Shown here piece by piece: positions 39,896-52,743 of a stretch of 64,000 bases of DNA (positions within the stretch are counted from its first letter, which is position 1; each line of letters opens with the position of its first letter). This stretch comes from Candidatus Hydrogenedentota bacterium (GTDB lineage Bacteria; Hydrogenedentota; Hydrogenedentia; Hydrogenedentales; SLHB01), in NCBI GenBank assembly GCA_963674865.2, contig CAXXYE010000009.1, positions 576,001 to 640,000 on the forward strand, written 5' to 3'. Below the pieces are notes generated by a model. That model ran no database searches. It was not told where the DNA came from and saw only the letters and a list, made by a program, of their open reading frames with translations. Both the position numbers and the translations under genes were made by a program.

Positions 39896-39924
39896 TTGAC
39901 ACGTCGCGACCGGTATGGTAGACT
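39896..39924 (+). promoter_or_regulatory. sigma70 promoter of the hrcA operon
   Basis: TTGACA-17 bp-TAGACT with extended TG. Confidence 0.85.
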
Positions 39925-39935
39925 CCGACCAGTTG

Positions 39936-39962
39936 TTAGCACTCTATATGGCTGAGTGCTAA
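39936..39962 (+). promoter_or_regulatory. CIRCE element (HrcA operator)
   Basis: Exact TTAGCACTC-N9-GAGTGCTAA directly upstream of hrcA. Confidence 0.98.
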
Positions 39963-39974
39963 GGGCGTACAGAG

Positions 39975-41042
39975 ATGGCCAACGACCGGACAGCCGAGCT
40001 GAACCAACGGGAACAGCAGATCCTGCAGGCGGTCGTGCACTCATATATAACGACCGCTGAACCCGTGGGCTCTCGCTCCATTGTGAAGCGATTCGGGATG
40101 GACCTCAGTCCCGCGACGGTCCGCAATGTCATGGCGGACCTCGAGGACCAAGGTTTCCTCCAGCAATTGCACACGAGTTCCGGCCGGGTGCCGACGGACC
40201 GCGGGTATCGGTACTATGTCGACTACCTCATGCGGGTCCAGGAGCTAACCGCGTCGGAACGCTCCCGTATCGAGCGGGAATTGTCGGCGAAGCTGACCGA
40301 CGCGGACGAGATCATGCGTCAGACCAGCCACATGCTTGCGCTGGTGTCGCACCAGACGGGTCTCGTCGGCGTGCCGGACGAACATGACGCCCGGCTGCGA
40401 CGTATCGAGTTGATGTCGGTGACGCCTTCCCGCGCCGCCGTGATGCTTGTGGATAATTTCGGCCGGGTGCGGACGCTGCTGGTCGGCGTGGAAGAGCCGC
40501 TTCAGGATCATGAGGTCCCGAGGTTGAACCGGTTTCTCAACGACAACCTGAAGGGCGTCGCCATGGGAGACCTGGTTTCATCGGCCCGTTCGATCATGCG
40601 TGCCCTGATGGACGAACAGCGGCGGCTCGCGGAGCGCGCCACGCAACTTCTGAGTCTCGCGCCCATTGAGCGGCCCGGCCAGTTGTTCTTCGACGGTGCC
40701 ACGCAGCTGTTTGAGCAGCCTGAGTTTCGCGATCCTGCCAAGGCGCGAGAGGTGTTCAATCTGCTGGACGAAAGGGAGAAACTCGCGCAGCTTCTAAGGT
40801 CGCAGCTCAAGGAGAGGATGCCTGCGGGGCCGACTGTGATGATAGGTTCTGAAACGCACCAGGAAGGGCTCGAGGAAATGAGTCTGGTGACGTCCCCGTA
40901 CAAAGTCGGCGAAAAAACGGTTGGAACAATTGGCGTTCTTGGGCCGCGGCGCATGCCCTACTCCAAGTTCACGGCGGTGGTCGACTACACGTCTCGGATG
41001 TTGAGCAGACTTCTGACGCGGTTGGCCGGCGGGGGCGCGTAG
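39975..41042 (+). CDS. hrcA: heat-inducible transcription repressor
   Basis: YITTAEPVGS, SPATVRNVMADLE, HTSSGRVPTDRGYRYYVD, GVLGPRRM. Confidence 0.98.
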   Translation: MANDRTAELNQREQQILQAVVHSYITTAEPVGSRSIVKRFGMDLSPATVRNVMADLEDQGFLQQLHTSSGRVPTDRGYRYYVDYLMRVQELTASERSRIERELSAKLTDADEIMRQTSHMLALVSHQTGLVGVPDEHDARLRRIELMSVTPSRAAVMLVDNFGRVRTLLVGVEEPLQDHEVPRLNRFLNDNLKGVAMGDLVSSARSIMRALMDEQRRLAERATQLLSLAPIERPGQLFFDGATQLFEQPEFRDPAKAREVFNLLDEREKLAQLLRSQLKERMPAGPTVMIGSETHQEGLEEMSLVTSPYKVGEKTVGTIGVLGPRRMPYSKFTAVVDYTSRMLSRLLTRLAGGGA

Positions 41043-41113
41043 CAGGTTGACGTGGGGCCGGACGGCCCGAGAGTGATCGAAGTCGAAATCCGTGATTCGG
41101 TAGAAATACACTA

Positions 41114-41752
41114 ATGAAGAAGACAAGTAGCGGTAAGAATGATTCCCCGAAGACGGAACTCGAGAAGCGCCTCGAAGCGGAACTCGCACGGAGCGATGAA
41201 GCAGCGGATGACGCCGCTGTTGAAGTGACTCCGGAAGAAATCGACGTGGCCGCCTTGATGAGCGAACGAGACGAGTTGAAGGACCAGGTTCTTCGGGCGC
41301 GCGCCGAGTTCGACAACTATAGAAAACGCGTGGCCCGCGACGCGGAACGTGTACGAAAGACGGCTGCGGAAGGCCTCGTGCGCGATCTGCTGCCCGTTGT
41401 GGATCATCTTGAACTGGCCCTTGCACACGCCGACGGCGGCGCTGACGCCCTCGCAACGGGAGTCCGAATGGTTCTGGACCAGTTCCGGGAGGTCCTGACC
41501 CGGAATGGCGTTGAGCCCATCCCCGCCGTTGGCGAGGTTTTTGATCCCAACGTGCACGAGGCCATGGACAAGCGGCCTTCGCCCGAAGTCCCTGAGGACC
41601 ACGTGAGCGAGGAGTTTCAGAAAGGCTACCGCCTGGGCGGACAGGTGCTGCGTCCGTCAAAGGTGGTCGTGAGCGCGGGTATGCCCGTGGACGAGCGCGC
41701 GGATGCCGATCCAGGCCAAGGCGACGACACGGACGAACTCGGGAATGATTGA
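41114..41752 (+). CDS. grpE: nucleotide exchange factor GrpE
   Basis: AEFDNYRKR, LLPVVD, FDPNVHEA, GYRLGGQVLRPSKV. Confidence 0.97.
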   Translation: MKKTSSGKNDSPKTELEKRLEAELARSDEAADDAAVEVTPEEIDVAALMSERDELKDQVLRARAEFDNYRKRVARDAERVRKTAAEGLVRDLLPVVDHLELALAHADGGADALATGVRMVLDQFREVLTRNGVEPIPAVGEVFDPNVHEAMDKRPSPEVPEDHVSEEFQKGYRLGGQVLRPSKVVVSAGMPVDERADADPGQGDDTDELGND

Positions 41753-41801
41753 CACGGACGCTCAACACGCGCATCCGTAGGCGTAAGGAGGATTACCGGA
41801 A

Positions 41802-43748
<1,947 letters not shown>

Positions 43749-43832
43749 CCGAGCCGCTCCGCCGCCCTCGAAAGTGCGCCCACAAAACGAGAGGGCTGGG
43801 CACGTTCGGATTCGAGTCGCCCACGCAGTGTG

Positions 43833-44942
43833 ATGGCCCGACAGCAAGACTACTATGAGGTACTCGGCGTTTCTCGCAACGCCACGGAGGATGAGATCCG
43901 CCGTGCGTACTTGAAACTCGCTCACAAGTATCACCCTGACAAAACCGGCGGCGACAAAGCCGCCGAAGACAAACTCAAAGAGATCAACGCCGCCTACGAC
44001 ACGCTCAAGAACGCCGAAAAACGCGCCAAGTATGATCAATTCGGCCATATGGGCGAGCAATTCGGCGGCGATCCCGGATTTGGCGGCGGATTCGAGAGCC
44101 CGTTTGAGGATCTCTTTGATACCCTCTTCGGAGGGCGGCGAGGCGCGAGGCAGCGCAGAGCGGCCCCTGGCAACGACCTCGAATACCGCCTCTCCATCAC
44201 CCTTCGCGAAGCGGCGTTCGGCGCCCATAAGACCCTCTCCTTCGACCGCATGGAGGTTTGTGGCGAATGTCACGGCAATGGGGCCGCGCCCGGTACGCGC
44301 CCCGAGCCATGCTCCGCCTGCGGCGGCAGCGGCCAGGTGCGGCGCGTCCAGGGATTCTTCAGCGTCAGCCAAACCTGTTCACGATGCCGCGGCACGGGCC
44401 AGGTGGTTACGCGTCCGTGCGCGAGTTGCGGCGGGTCAGGTCATGTACGCTCCCGCCGCGAGCTGTCGGTGGATATCCCCCCGGGCGTGGATTCGGGCTC
44501 GCGCGTGCGCCTTTCGGGCGAGGGTGAACCGGGAGTGGGCGGCGGCCCCCGGGGCGATCTGTACATCCATATCACCGTCGAACCGGATGAGATCTTTCTG
44601 CGGGATGGCACCCACGTCATCTGCGAAGTGCCGCTCAGCTTCACACAGGCGGCCCTTGGCGCTGAGATCCGCGTGCCGACATTAAAAGGCGAGGCCAACC
44701 TCAAGATCCCCGGGGGAACGCAATCCGGCCAGGTATTCCGCTTGCGGGGGCAAGGCCTTCCCGACGTACGCGGCTACCGCCAAGGCGATGAACTGGTGAA
44801 AGTGCAGGTCGAGACTCCCACCAAGCTCTCCCGGGAACAGAAGGACTTGCTCAAGCAATTTGACGAGCTGAGCAACGCGAAAACCTATCCGCTTCACCGG
44901 CGGTTCATGGACACCCTCAAGCGTTCGTTCGGCAGCGAGTGA
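43833..44942 (+). CDS. dnaJ: chaperone DnaJ
   Basis: J domain HPD, four CxxCxGxG repeats. Confidence 0.98.
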   Translation: MARQQDYYEVLGVSRNATEDEIRRAYLKLAHKYHPDKTGGDKAAEDKLKEINAAYDTLKNAEKRAKYDQFGHMGEQFGGDPGFGGGFESPFEDLFDTLFGGRRGARQRRAAPGNDLEYRLSITLREAAFGAHKTLSFDRMEVCGECHGNGAAPGTRPEPCSACGGSGQVRRVQGFFSVSQTCSRCRGTGQVVTRPCASCGGSGHVRSRRELSVDIPPGVDSGSRVRLSGEGEPGVGGGPRGDLYIHITVEPDEIFLRDGTHVICEVPLSFTQAALGAEIRVPTLKGEANLKIPGGTQSGQVFRLRGQGLPDVRGYRQGDELVKVQVETPTKLSREQKDLLKQFDELSNAKTYPLHRRFMDTLKRSFGSE

Positions 44943-45222
44943 GGCGAAGGGCCTTTGCCGAGGGAAGCTCCGCAATCGCCGGATAACTCAGCAGCGCCGC
45001 GCACACGGCGCTTGGATGTGACGCCGTCTTTCGAGAGTGACTCGCCAGATGGGTGAGGCTAGCCATTTCGACAGTGTCTTTGTCTCCAATGACTTGACGC
45101 GTGGCACGATTGGCGACCTGGCCGCCGGGGGCAAGCCACCGGGCGTTGATCACCTGCTGTTCATTCGCTACAATCACGCCCGATTATCCCCCACATGAAG
45201 ATACGTGAAAGAGAATACGATC

Positions 45223-46704
45223 ATGGCTCAACAGAATTACGCCGAACTGCTCGCCCGCTTTGAGAAGGCCCGCGTCCTGGTTGTAGGCGATGTCTATCTT
45301 GACGAAAACGTCTATGGCAAGGTCACGGGCATTAGCCTCGAGGCGCCCATTCCCATCTACGAGGTCCACGAGAAGCTTCACAATCCCGGTGCGGCCGGAA
45401 ACGCCGCGTGCAACGTCGCCGCCCTCGGCGCAAAGACTTACATGGTCGGCTACGTGGGAGATGATGTGAATGCCGGCATCGTCCGCAAAGAATTCGCCGT
45501 CCGAAACGTCGACACGAGCGGCCTTGTCGTACATCCGAGCCGGCCAACGAACACCTACGGCAAACTCCGCGCCGGCGGATTCAACATCCCCTCACAGGAA
45601 GTACTCCGAACCGACACGCCCAGCCCCGTGTTCGTCGAGGGCGAGGTCGAAGACGCCGTCATCGCCAACATCCGCGCCCGGGCCGGTGAAGTCGACGCCA
45701 TCATCGTCGTCGACCAAGTGGCCTCCGTGGTGACGGAACGCGTCCTGCGGGAAGTGGTGGCCTGTGCAAAGGAACACAACCTGCTGACAGTGGGGGACTC
45801 GCGCGGCCGGGCCGGCGCCTTCAAGGACTTCGACGTCATCGTGCCGAACGACCGCGAGGCCGGAATTGGCGCAGACATCGAGGTGGTGGACGAGAAGACG
45901 CTCCACGAAGCGGCGAAGAAATTGCTCGGCATCTGCAAGAACGCGCTCATCACCCGAGGCCCCGAGGGCATCACCGTCTTCGCCGAAAATGGCGACATCA
46001 CCGACGTGCCCATCACGATCTCACCAAGCGCCGTCGTGGACGTCACGGGCGCGGGAGATACCGTCACAGCCACCGTCTGCGTTACCTTGGTGGCCGGCGG
46101 CTCCCTGGTAGACGCCGCGGCCATCGGTAATGCGGCCGCCGGCGTAGCCGTGGCGAAGCCGGGGGTCGTTACTGTGCCGCGCGATGAACTCGCAGAGGCC
46201 CTCTCCGGAACGGCCGGCCCCGCGAAGGTAAAGACGGTTGAGGCCCTGAAACCGATTGTGGAGCAGTTGCACCGCGAGGGGAAAACCGTCACGTGGACAA
46301 ACGGCGTCTTCGATCTGCTCCACGCCGGCCACATCACCTATCTCATGAAGGCCGCCGCCCTGGGCGATGTGCTCATCGTCGGCATCAACAGCGACGCCTC
46401 GGCGAGAGAGCTCAAAGGGCCGGAGCGGCCCATCATTCCCGAGGACAACCGGGCGCTCGTGCTGTCCGCACTCGAGTGTGTCGACTATGTGGTCGTCTTC
46501 TCGGAACAGACGACCGTGCCCGTCCTCGAGTGTCTGCGTCCGGATATCTACGCGAAAGGCGGAGATTACACCCTCGAAAGCGTTGTGCAGCCCGAACGCC
46601 GCCTTGTGGAGGATTACGGCGGGCGCATCGCCATTATCCCCGGCGTTGAAGGCCAGTCCACCACAGCTATTCTCAAGAAGATCGTCAGCGAGAACCAGCA
46701 GTAG
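45223..46704 (+). CDS. hldE: bifunctional heptose-7-phosphate kinase / heptose-1-phosphate adenylyltransferase
   Basis: PfkB domain (SLEAPIP, DVTGAGD) plus cytidyltransferase domain (TNGVFDLLHAGH, NSDAS, KGGDY, STT). Confidence 0.9.
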   Translation: MAQQNYAELLARFEKARVLVVGDVYLDENVYGKVTGISLEAPIPIYEVHEKLHNPGAAGNAACNVAALGAKTYMVGYVGDDVNAGIVRKEFAVRNVDTSGLVVHPSRPTNTYGKLRAGGFNIPSQEVLRTDTPSPVFVEGEVEDAVIANIRARAGEVDAIIVVDQVASVVTERVLREVVACAKEHNLLTVGDSRGRAGAFKDFDVIVPNDREAGIGADIEVVDEKTLHEAAKKLLGICKNALITRGPEGITVFAENGDITDVPITISPSAVVDVTGAGDTVTATVCVTLVAGGSLVDAAAIGNAAAGVAVAKPGVVTVPRDELAEALSGTAGPAKVKTVEALKPIVEQLHREGKTVTWTNGVFDLLHAGHITYLMKAAALGDVLIVGINSDASARELKGPERPIIPEDNRALVLSALECVDYVVVFSEQTTVPVLECLRPDIYAKGGDYTLESVVQPERRLVEDYGGRIAIIPGVEGQSTTAILKKIVSENQQ

Positions 46705-46829
46705 CACAAGTGCCCGGCCTCCAAACCGCGGCGTTTGTGCTTGCGGCCATCTTGCACGGCGCCCTCTCAGGCCGCAAGGTGTGGCTAGGGGTGCGGCCCA
46801 TGCCGCTTGCAGGAGCAGAGCGTGACACC

Positions 46830-48761
46830 ATGAGCAATTTGGCGCTTGGCGATGCCCTCCTGACGGCCCATTCCATCACCAAAGGCTACGGCGCCCAGCC
46901 CGTCATCGAGGACGTATCCCTTACCCTCCACGAGGGAGAACGGATAGGCCTGATCGGGCGCAACGGCAGCGGCAAGTCCACCTTGCTCCGCATACTGGCC
47001 GGCGAGGAAACGCCCGATGAAGGACACGTCACGCAACGCCGCGGATTGCGCATCGGCCTTCTCGACCAGGACTGCCCACACGACCGCGGCAAGACCGTCG
47101 GGCAGATCCTCGAGGAGACGACGCAAGAGATCAGGGCGCTCCTAAACGAATATGCCGCCGCCACACGCCGGTTGAGCGAGGCGGCGCCCGGCTCCGGCGA
47201 ACATGTTCAACTCCAAACCAGGTATGAGGAGCTCCATCACACGCTCGAGCTATCCGGCGCCTGGAATCTTAACGTCGATATCAAGCAGGTTTCCGAGGCC
47301 CTGGACTTGCCGCCGGCCGATCGCGTCATCGGCACCCTATCCGGGGGCGAACTCAGACGCGTCGGCCTTGCCACCGTCTTGCTGAAGCATCCCGACGTAT
47401 TGCTGCTCGACGAACCGACGAACCACATTGACACGAAGAGCGTCGAGTGGATCGAGGCGTTCCTGTCCGGCTACCGAGGCAGCTGCATCCTCGTGACGCA
47501 CGACCGCTACTTCCTCGAGCGCACCGTGACACGGATCGCAGAGGTCGAGCACCGGCGTCTACTAAGCTTTCCGGGCAGCTATCAGCGATACCTTGACGTC
47601 AAGGCCCAGCGCCACGACGCGGCCGCAAAGGCGGAGCAGGCGCGCCAAGCCACGCTCCGCAGGGAATTGGCGTGGCTTCGCCGCGGGCCAAAGGCACGAA
47701 CCTCCAAAGATGGCGGTAGGATCAAGCGATTCGAGCGCCTGCGCGACCAAGGCCCGCCGCCGGCCCACGGGGAGTTCGCGTTTGCCATTCCTGCGCCCCC
47801 GCGTCTGGGCAAGCGGATCCTGGAAGCGGAAGACATCGCATGCGGATTCGGCGACACACTTCTTTTCAAAGACTTCTCGCTCATCTTGCAGAAGGGCATG
47901 CGCGTCGGCATCGTCGGCCCCAACGGCTCCGGCAAGTCGACACTGCTGCGCGCGCTGATGGGCGAAGAGGAACTGCGGCAGGGAAGCATCTTCATCGGAG
48001 ACGCCACGCAGTTCCTATACGTCGACCAGACCCACGAGGCCGTGGATCCGGAGCAAACGATACTCGACTTCGTGTCGAACGGCGCCCTGTATTGGGATGT
48101 GAACGACCAGCGGCTGTACGTGCCCAGCTATCTCGAGCGGTTCCTCTTTGATCGCGAAAGCATACGCATGCCCATGCGGAACCTCTCCGGCGGCGAGCGC
48201 AACCGAATCGAACTCGCGAAGAAGCTCTTGCAGGGCGGCAATGTCCTCGTGCTCGACGAACCGACGAACGACTTGGACCTGCACACCCTTCGCGTCCTCG
48301 AGGAGGCCGTCGAATCCTTTGACGGCTGCGCATTTCTTGTCAGCCATGACCGCTACTTCCTGAACCGCCTCTGCACCCACCTCATCGTCTTCGAGGGATA
48401 CGGCAAGGTGTTGCTGCTTGCGGGCAATTATGACGACTACGTGCTATACAAAGAGAAGACAAAGCCCAAGCTGGACACCGATGCACGACCCGCGAACAAG
48501 ACAACGAAGAAGCCGCGCCCGCGCGACCCACGCCGCCTTACCTACAAGGAGCAGCAGGAGCTGGCGGGCATGGAAACCGCCATTACGCTGGCCGACGACA
48601 GTCTGCGAGCGGTCGAAAAGGCCATCCACGCACCCGGCTTCTACAATCAGGAGCATACCGCCGTCCAGGAGACGCTCTCACGTCTAAAGACGGCCAAGGA
48701 GGAGGTCGAGCGCCTCTACGCCCGTTGGCAGGAACTGGAAGACCGGAGCGACAAGACGTAA
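46830..48761 (+). CDS. ABC-F family ATPase (Uup-like)
   Basis: Two ABC domains (GRNGSGKST, LSGGE, LDEPTN, HDRYFL), no TM segments, C-terminal coiled coil ending RWQELE. Confidence 0.93.
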   Translation: MSNLALGDALLTAHSITKGYGAQPVIEDVSLTLHEGERIGLIGRNGSGKSTLLRILAGEETPDEGHVTQRRGLRIGLLDQDCPHDRGKTVGQILEETTQEIRALLNEYAAATRRLSEAAPGSGEHVQLQTRYEELHHTLELSGAWNLNVDIKQVSEALDLPPADRVIGTLSGGELRRVGLATVLLKHPDVLLLDEPTNHIDTKSVEWIEAFLSGYRGSCILVTHDRYFLERTVTRIAEVEHRRLLSFPGSYQRYLDVKAQRHDAAAKAEQARQATLRRELAWLRRGPKARTSKDGGRIKRFERLRDQGPPPAHGEFAFAIPAPPRLGKRILEAEDIACGFGDTLLFKDFSLILQKGMRVGIVGPNGSGKSTLLRALMGEEELRQGSIFIGDATQFLYVDQTHEAVDPEQTILDFVSNGALYWDVNDQRLYVPSYLERFLFDRESIRMPMRNLSGGERNRIELAKKLLQGGNVLVLDEPTNDLDLHTLRVLEEAVESFDGCAFLVSHDRYFLNRLCTHLIVFEGYGKVLLLAGNYDDYVLYKEKTKPKLDTDARPANKTTKKPRPRDPRRLTYKEQQELAGMETAITLADDSLRAVEKAIHAPGFYNQEHTAVQETLSRLKTAKEEVERLYARWQELEDRSDKT

Positions 48762-48839
48762 GCGTCCTGTCCCCGCCTACGCGTCGCTCGGCATAGCAGT
48801 CATGCGCTTGAAGATATGGCCAATCGGAGGTGTGTGCAA

Positions 48840-51665
48840 ATGAATACGAGAGCCCTTTTTCTCGCGATGGCCGCAGGTATCATTGTCCTTGCGTCCGGCA
48901 TTGCCTTCGCCAAGGAACAGATTCCGCCGCGCGACCGGCCCGTCCTCGAGCGACCCGTCGTGAGCATTGCCCCCACCGACACAGCCCCCACCGTGGACGG
49001 CGTCCTCGATGACGTGTGCTGGCAGTCGGCCGTGTCGGCTCTGCCCTTCAATCTTTGCTACCAGGCGGAGTATGCGCCCTTTCGCAGTGAGGCGCTCCTC
49101 ACGTACGACGCGGAGTACCTCTACGTAGGTATGCGATGCTTCCAGCCTGATCCTGAACGCCACCCCGCGCCGCCGTATCCGCCTGCAAACGCAAAGGCGA
49201 CCGCAGAAGTGCTCCTGAACGCCGGAGCCAAGGAGCAGTACTACAAGCTGGCGATTACTCCCGAGGGCGACGTCACGACCCATCAGTGGGGGGGCGGCGC
49301 AGCACCATGGCATGGCGAACCGACTGCGGCCCAGGCGCGGGCGGACGGCGGCTGGACGGCGGAGTTCGCCATTCCCTTCGCCGCCCTCGAACTGCCGCGG
49401 CCCCATCCCACCGGCTCATGGCGCGTCAACTTCGGCCGACGACGCCCGAATAAGATCGAGAACGCCGCTTGGGCCGTCACCTATGCGTGGTTCTACGAGC
49501 CTCAGTTCTTCGGCGACCTTCGGTTTCGTGGCGAGGACGCCTGCACCGCCGAGCTGACGGAGGTCAGTGCGCCGAAGGTAGGCGCAAATCCCCTCACACT
49601 GCGCTTGACCAACCGCGCCGCGAACTCGACGGAATGCGAAGTGCTGGGAACCATGGAGGAAATGTCCGGGCGCCGGACAATCTTCCGCAAGATCCTTCGC
49701 GTCGAAGGTGGCGAGCACGTGGATGTTCCCCTGAGTTACGAACTCCCTGATGGCACATTGGGCGTCCTCACGGTAGCTGTCTCCGAGCGTCACGAAGCAG
49801 CTCCCCTGTTCCGGCAGTCCATCCCCGTCAACGTGCCCCGCAATCGCGAGATGCTGCATAAGGCGCGGCGCGCCCTGAAGACTATAAAGACCCACGCCGG
49901 GGGCGAGAGGTCGCCGCATTGGCTCAGCGCGGAACTGCGTCGATGCAGGAGGGAGCTTCGGGCGTTTGACGAAGCGCTCTCCCGGCCCAATCTCCCGCTT
50001 TGTGAATGGAAGCGGCTTGAAAAACCAATCGAGCGGCTGTTGGGGCAGGCCGAGAAGCTTGCCTGGATACAGGAGCACGGCGTTGCCGATGCTTCGTTTG
50101 CCGTGGGCTACGCCTCCACTATCGAGAAGCTGCTTCGCGATCACGCCTACCAAGGACCGCGGGCATCCGTCATCATGCTCGAGGCGGCGCGCGGCGAATA
50201 CGAGGGAACACAACTTGTCGTGGTTCCCTGTGGAGATTCCTTGGAGAACCTTGCGGCGACCTGTTCACCTTTGCAGGGCCCTGACGGGCACGTGATCGCG
50301 CCAGAGGAGATCACGCTCCAGTGGGTGGATTTCGTCGAAACGCGCCAGCCGCGCCACCCTATCGACTACATCGGCTGGTTCCCCGATCCGCTGTTCCCTT
50401 GGGACGCGGCAAGTCGCTCCGTCCCGTCAGACACGCTGCATCAACCCATCTGGCTAACCGTCCACGTGCCTCATGGCATTCCGCCAGGCACTTACACGGG
50501 CCAGGTATCACTGGAGGCAGACGAAGCCGACCCGCAGACGGTAACACTGCGTGTGCGCGTCTACGATTTCGCCCTGCCGCTGCGCCCGGCCCTGAAAACC
50601 GTCTTCTGGCTCAACGACAGCCTGACAAGACGGTGGTATGGGTGGGAGCAGATCCCCCACGACGTGCGCCGCGATCAGATAGCCTTCCTGCTGCGCTATC
50701 GGATCAATCCCGCCATCGGCTTGGATCTACTCGAACCGGTGGAGGATTTCGAGTTCGCCCTCGAGCGCGGCTTGAATACCATCCAATTGGGCACGGCCGC
50801 TTCTTGGCCGCTGCCCGAGGACGCGATGGCCAAGCTCGAAAAGTCCTATGCCTTTCTCAAGGCTCGCGGCCTGCTCGATATGGCCTTCATCTACGCCCAC
50901 GACGAGCCGTCCCCGGAGATGTATCCCGAAGTGCGCCACACCATGGAGCAAGTGGCGCAACACTTCCCGGGACTCCGCCGCGTTTGCACGGCCTTCCCGC
51001 CCGCCGAAGGACTCGAGGGCGCGGTCGAGACGTGGATCGTTGTGCCCAACCTTTTCAATTACGAGGCCGTGGCCGAGCGACAGGCGGCCGGCGATGATCT
51101 CTGGTTCTACGGAGGCCCTACCGCCAAGCGGCCCTACACGAACTGGTACGTGGACTACGCCGGAATCGAGGAGCGCATGATCTTCTGGCACTGCTGGAAA
51201 TACGGGGCCACCGGCCTCCTTCACTGGTGCCTCAACTACTGGGGCTCCAACATGACCCCCTGGTCAGGCAACCCGGCGATTGACGATGCCATCGCCGCCG
51301 GCGAGCGCTGGCCGGAGGTGCCCTGGAACGCCTGGACGTACCTCAATGTCAACGGGGAGGCGCAACTTGTCTATCCGGGAACGGACGGCGCCTTTTGGAG
51401 CAGCGTCCGGCTTGAGATCTTTCGCGACGGCATGGAGGATTACGACTACCTCGCGGTACTGAAATCCCTCCTACGGCAACTGGACGAGAGCACCGCGTAC
51501 AACCGATCCTCGCTCGCCGAGAAAGGGCGGGACTTGATAACCATCGGGCCGCCGGTTGCCGCCGATCTTACCGAATTCACGAAAGACCTCGACGTGTTGA
51601 TGCAGCGTAGGAAGGCCGTGGCCGAGCACATCGAGCGCATCAAGCACGCGCTGGACGCAGAGTGA
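48840..51665 (+). CDS. secreted protein with CBM9-like N-terminus and GH123/DUF4091-like C-terminal domain
   Basis: Signal peptide, PTVDGVLDD..W, WTAEFAIPF, ARGEYE, DEP, LVYPG, SVRLEIFRDGMEDYDY. Confidence 0.85.
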   Translation: MNTRALFLAMAAGIIVLASGIAFAKEQIPPRDRPVLERPVVSIAPTDTAPTVDGVLDDVCWQSAVSALPFNLCYQAEYAPFRSEALLTYDAEYLYVGMRCFQPDPERHPAPPYPPANAKATAEVLLNAGAKEQYYKLAITPEGDVTTHQWGGGAAPWHGEPTAAQARADGGWTAEFAIPFAALELPRPHPTGSWRVNFGRRRPNKIENAAWAVTYAWFYEPQFFGDLRFRGEDACTAELTEVSAPKVGANPLTLRLTNRAANSTECEVLGTMEEMSGRRTIFRKILRVEGGEHVDVPLSYELPDGTLGVLTVAVSERHEAAPLFRQSIPVNVPRNREMLHKARRALKTIKTHAGGERSPHWLSAELRRCRRELRAFDEALSRPNLPLCEWKRLEKPIERLLGQAEKLAWIQEHGVADASFAVGYASTIEKLLRDHAYQGPRASVIMLEAARGEYEGTQLVVVPCGDSLENLAATCSPLQGPDGHVIAPEEITLQWVDFVETRQPRHPIDYIGWFPDPLFPWDAASRSVPSDTLHQPIWLTVHVPHGIPPGTYTGQVSLEADEADPQTVTLRVRVYDFALPLRPALKTVFWLNDSLTRRWYGWEQIPHDVRRDQIAFLLRYRINPAIGLDLLEPVEDFEFALERGLNTIQLGTAASWPLPEDAMAKLEKSYAFLKARGLLDMAFIYAHDEPSPEMYPEVRHTMEQVAQHFPGLRRVCTAFPPAEGLEGAVETWIVVPNLFNYEAVAERQAAGDDLWFYGGPTAKRPYTNWYVDYAGIEERMIFWHCWKYGATGLLHWCLNYWGSNMTPWSGNPAIDDAIAAGERWPEVPWNAWTYLNVNGEAQLVYPGTDGAFWSSVRLEIFRDGMEDYDYLAVLKSLLRQLDESTAYNRSSLAEKGRDLITIGPPVAADLTEFTKDLDVLMQRRKAVAEHIERIKHALDAE

Positions 51666-51710
51666 AAACCGGCACGGGAACGTCCTCGGAGAGACTCGAT
51701 AAGGGCGTTG

Positions 51711-52610
51711 TTAGTGCACCCAGTCTGGAGCGGTAATGGGGCCGTAGAGTTCGGGCCGCCGATCGCGGATATGATTGTCGTTCTTGGCCTTGGTGAGGTC
51801 GATATCGACTATGAGCACACCGGGCCCGCCTTCCTCTTGCGCCTGAACTCCGCCCTTCGGATTGGTGACGAGGCCCTCGGTTGGATGCGTAAAGGCGATG
51901 AAGCACTGATTCTCGTAGGCCCGCGTCCGCATCATTGTCGTGTTGAAGTCGCCCCGGAAGCCATACGTTGGATTGAGTATGAGCTTGGCGCCCTGAAGGC
52001 GCAGCGTGCGCGCCGTCTCAGGCCAGCGGCGATCCGCGCAGATCATGATGCCCACCGGCCCCCACGGCGTCGGCCAGACGGGGAGTGACTCCCCGGGCGT
52101 GTATTGGAGATCGTGCCGCTGGAGATGGGCTTTGTGGTAGACGCCGATCAGTTCCCCCTCGCTGCTCCATAGCCCGGCGGCGTTGTACGGCTTGCCATCC
52201 TCCATGGAAGTGAAGCCGAAGCAGATGTACATGCCACGCTTCTTAGCCTCCTCCGCGACTTGCTGGAGGTACCGGCTGCTTGACAGATCCTGGGCCATCT
52301 CGCGCACCTTTTCGGGCGTCGAATGCTCCGTATCGGCCGCGCAGTATCCGTCCAGCCAACCCTCCGGGGTGATGAGAATCTCGGCATTCTGCTGCGATGC
52401 TTCGTCCAGAAGCTTCAAGAACACCGCGAAATTGGCGTCCAGGTTCCATTTTTCCGGCACCGCACGCATCAGCGCCAGACGGGCCGTGGTTTTCGTCGGC
52501 TCGGGAACGGTGGTGGAGGACATGTCCGTCTCGGGACCTCCTTTCAACGTGTGGCAGGCACTCAGAACGAGGATAGCAAGAATGGCAGCCGTTAGGATTC
52601 GAAAAGACAT
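51711..52610 (-). CDS. carbon-nitrogen hydrolase (nitrilase superfamily) lipoprotein
   Basis: Lipobox LSAC; E-K-C triad (PEG, YHKAHL, ICADRRWPE); RAYEN, DRRPELY. Confidence 0.9.
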   Translation of the reverse strand: MSFRILTAAILAILVLSACHTLKGGPETDMSSTTVPEPTKTTARLALMRAVPEKWNLDANFAVFLKLLDEASQQNAEILITPEGWLDGYCAADTEHSTPEKVREMAQDLSSSRYLQQVAEEAKKRGMYICFGFTSMEDGKPYNAAGLWSSEGELIGVYHKAHLQRHDLQYTPGESLPVWPTPWGPVGIMICADRRWPETARTLRLQGAKLILNPTYGFRGDFNTTMMRTRAYENQCFIAFTHPTEGLVTNPKGGVQAQEEGGPGVLIVDIDLTKAKNDNHIRDRRPELYGPITAPDWVH

Positions 52611-52743
52611 GAAGACATCTCCAAAACAGGCCAAATGGACCTCGAATTCTACCAGTTCCTCGGTTTGATGTGCTAACGTAGGCTGATCTGGGCGTAAGTC
52701 GTGAGCATTCTGGCGTCGATCAGCCATCTGGGGAGAGAGAAAC

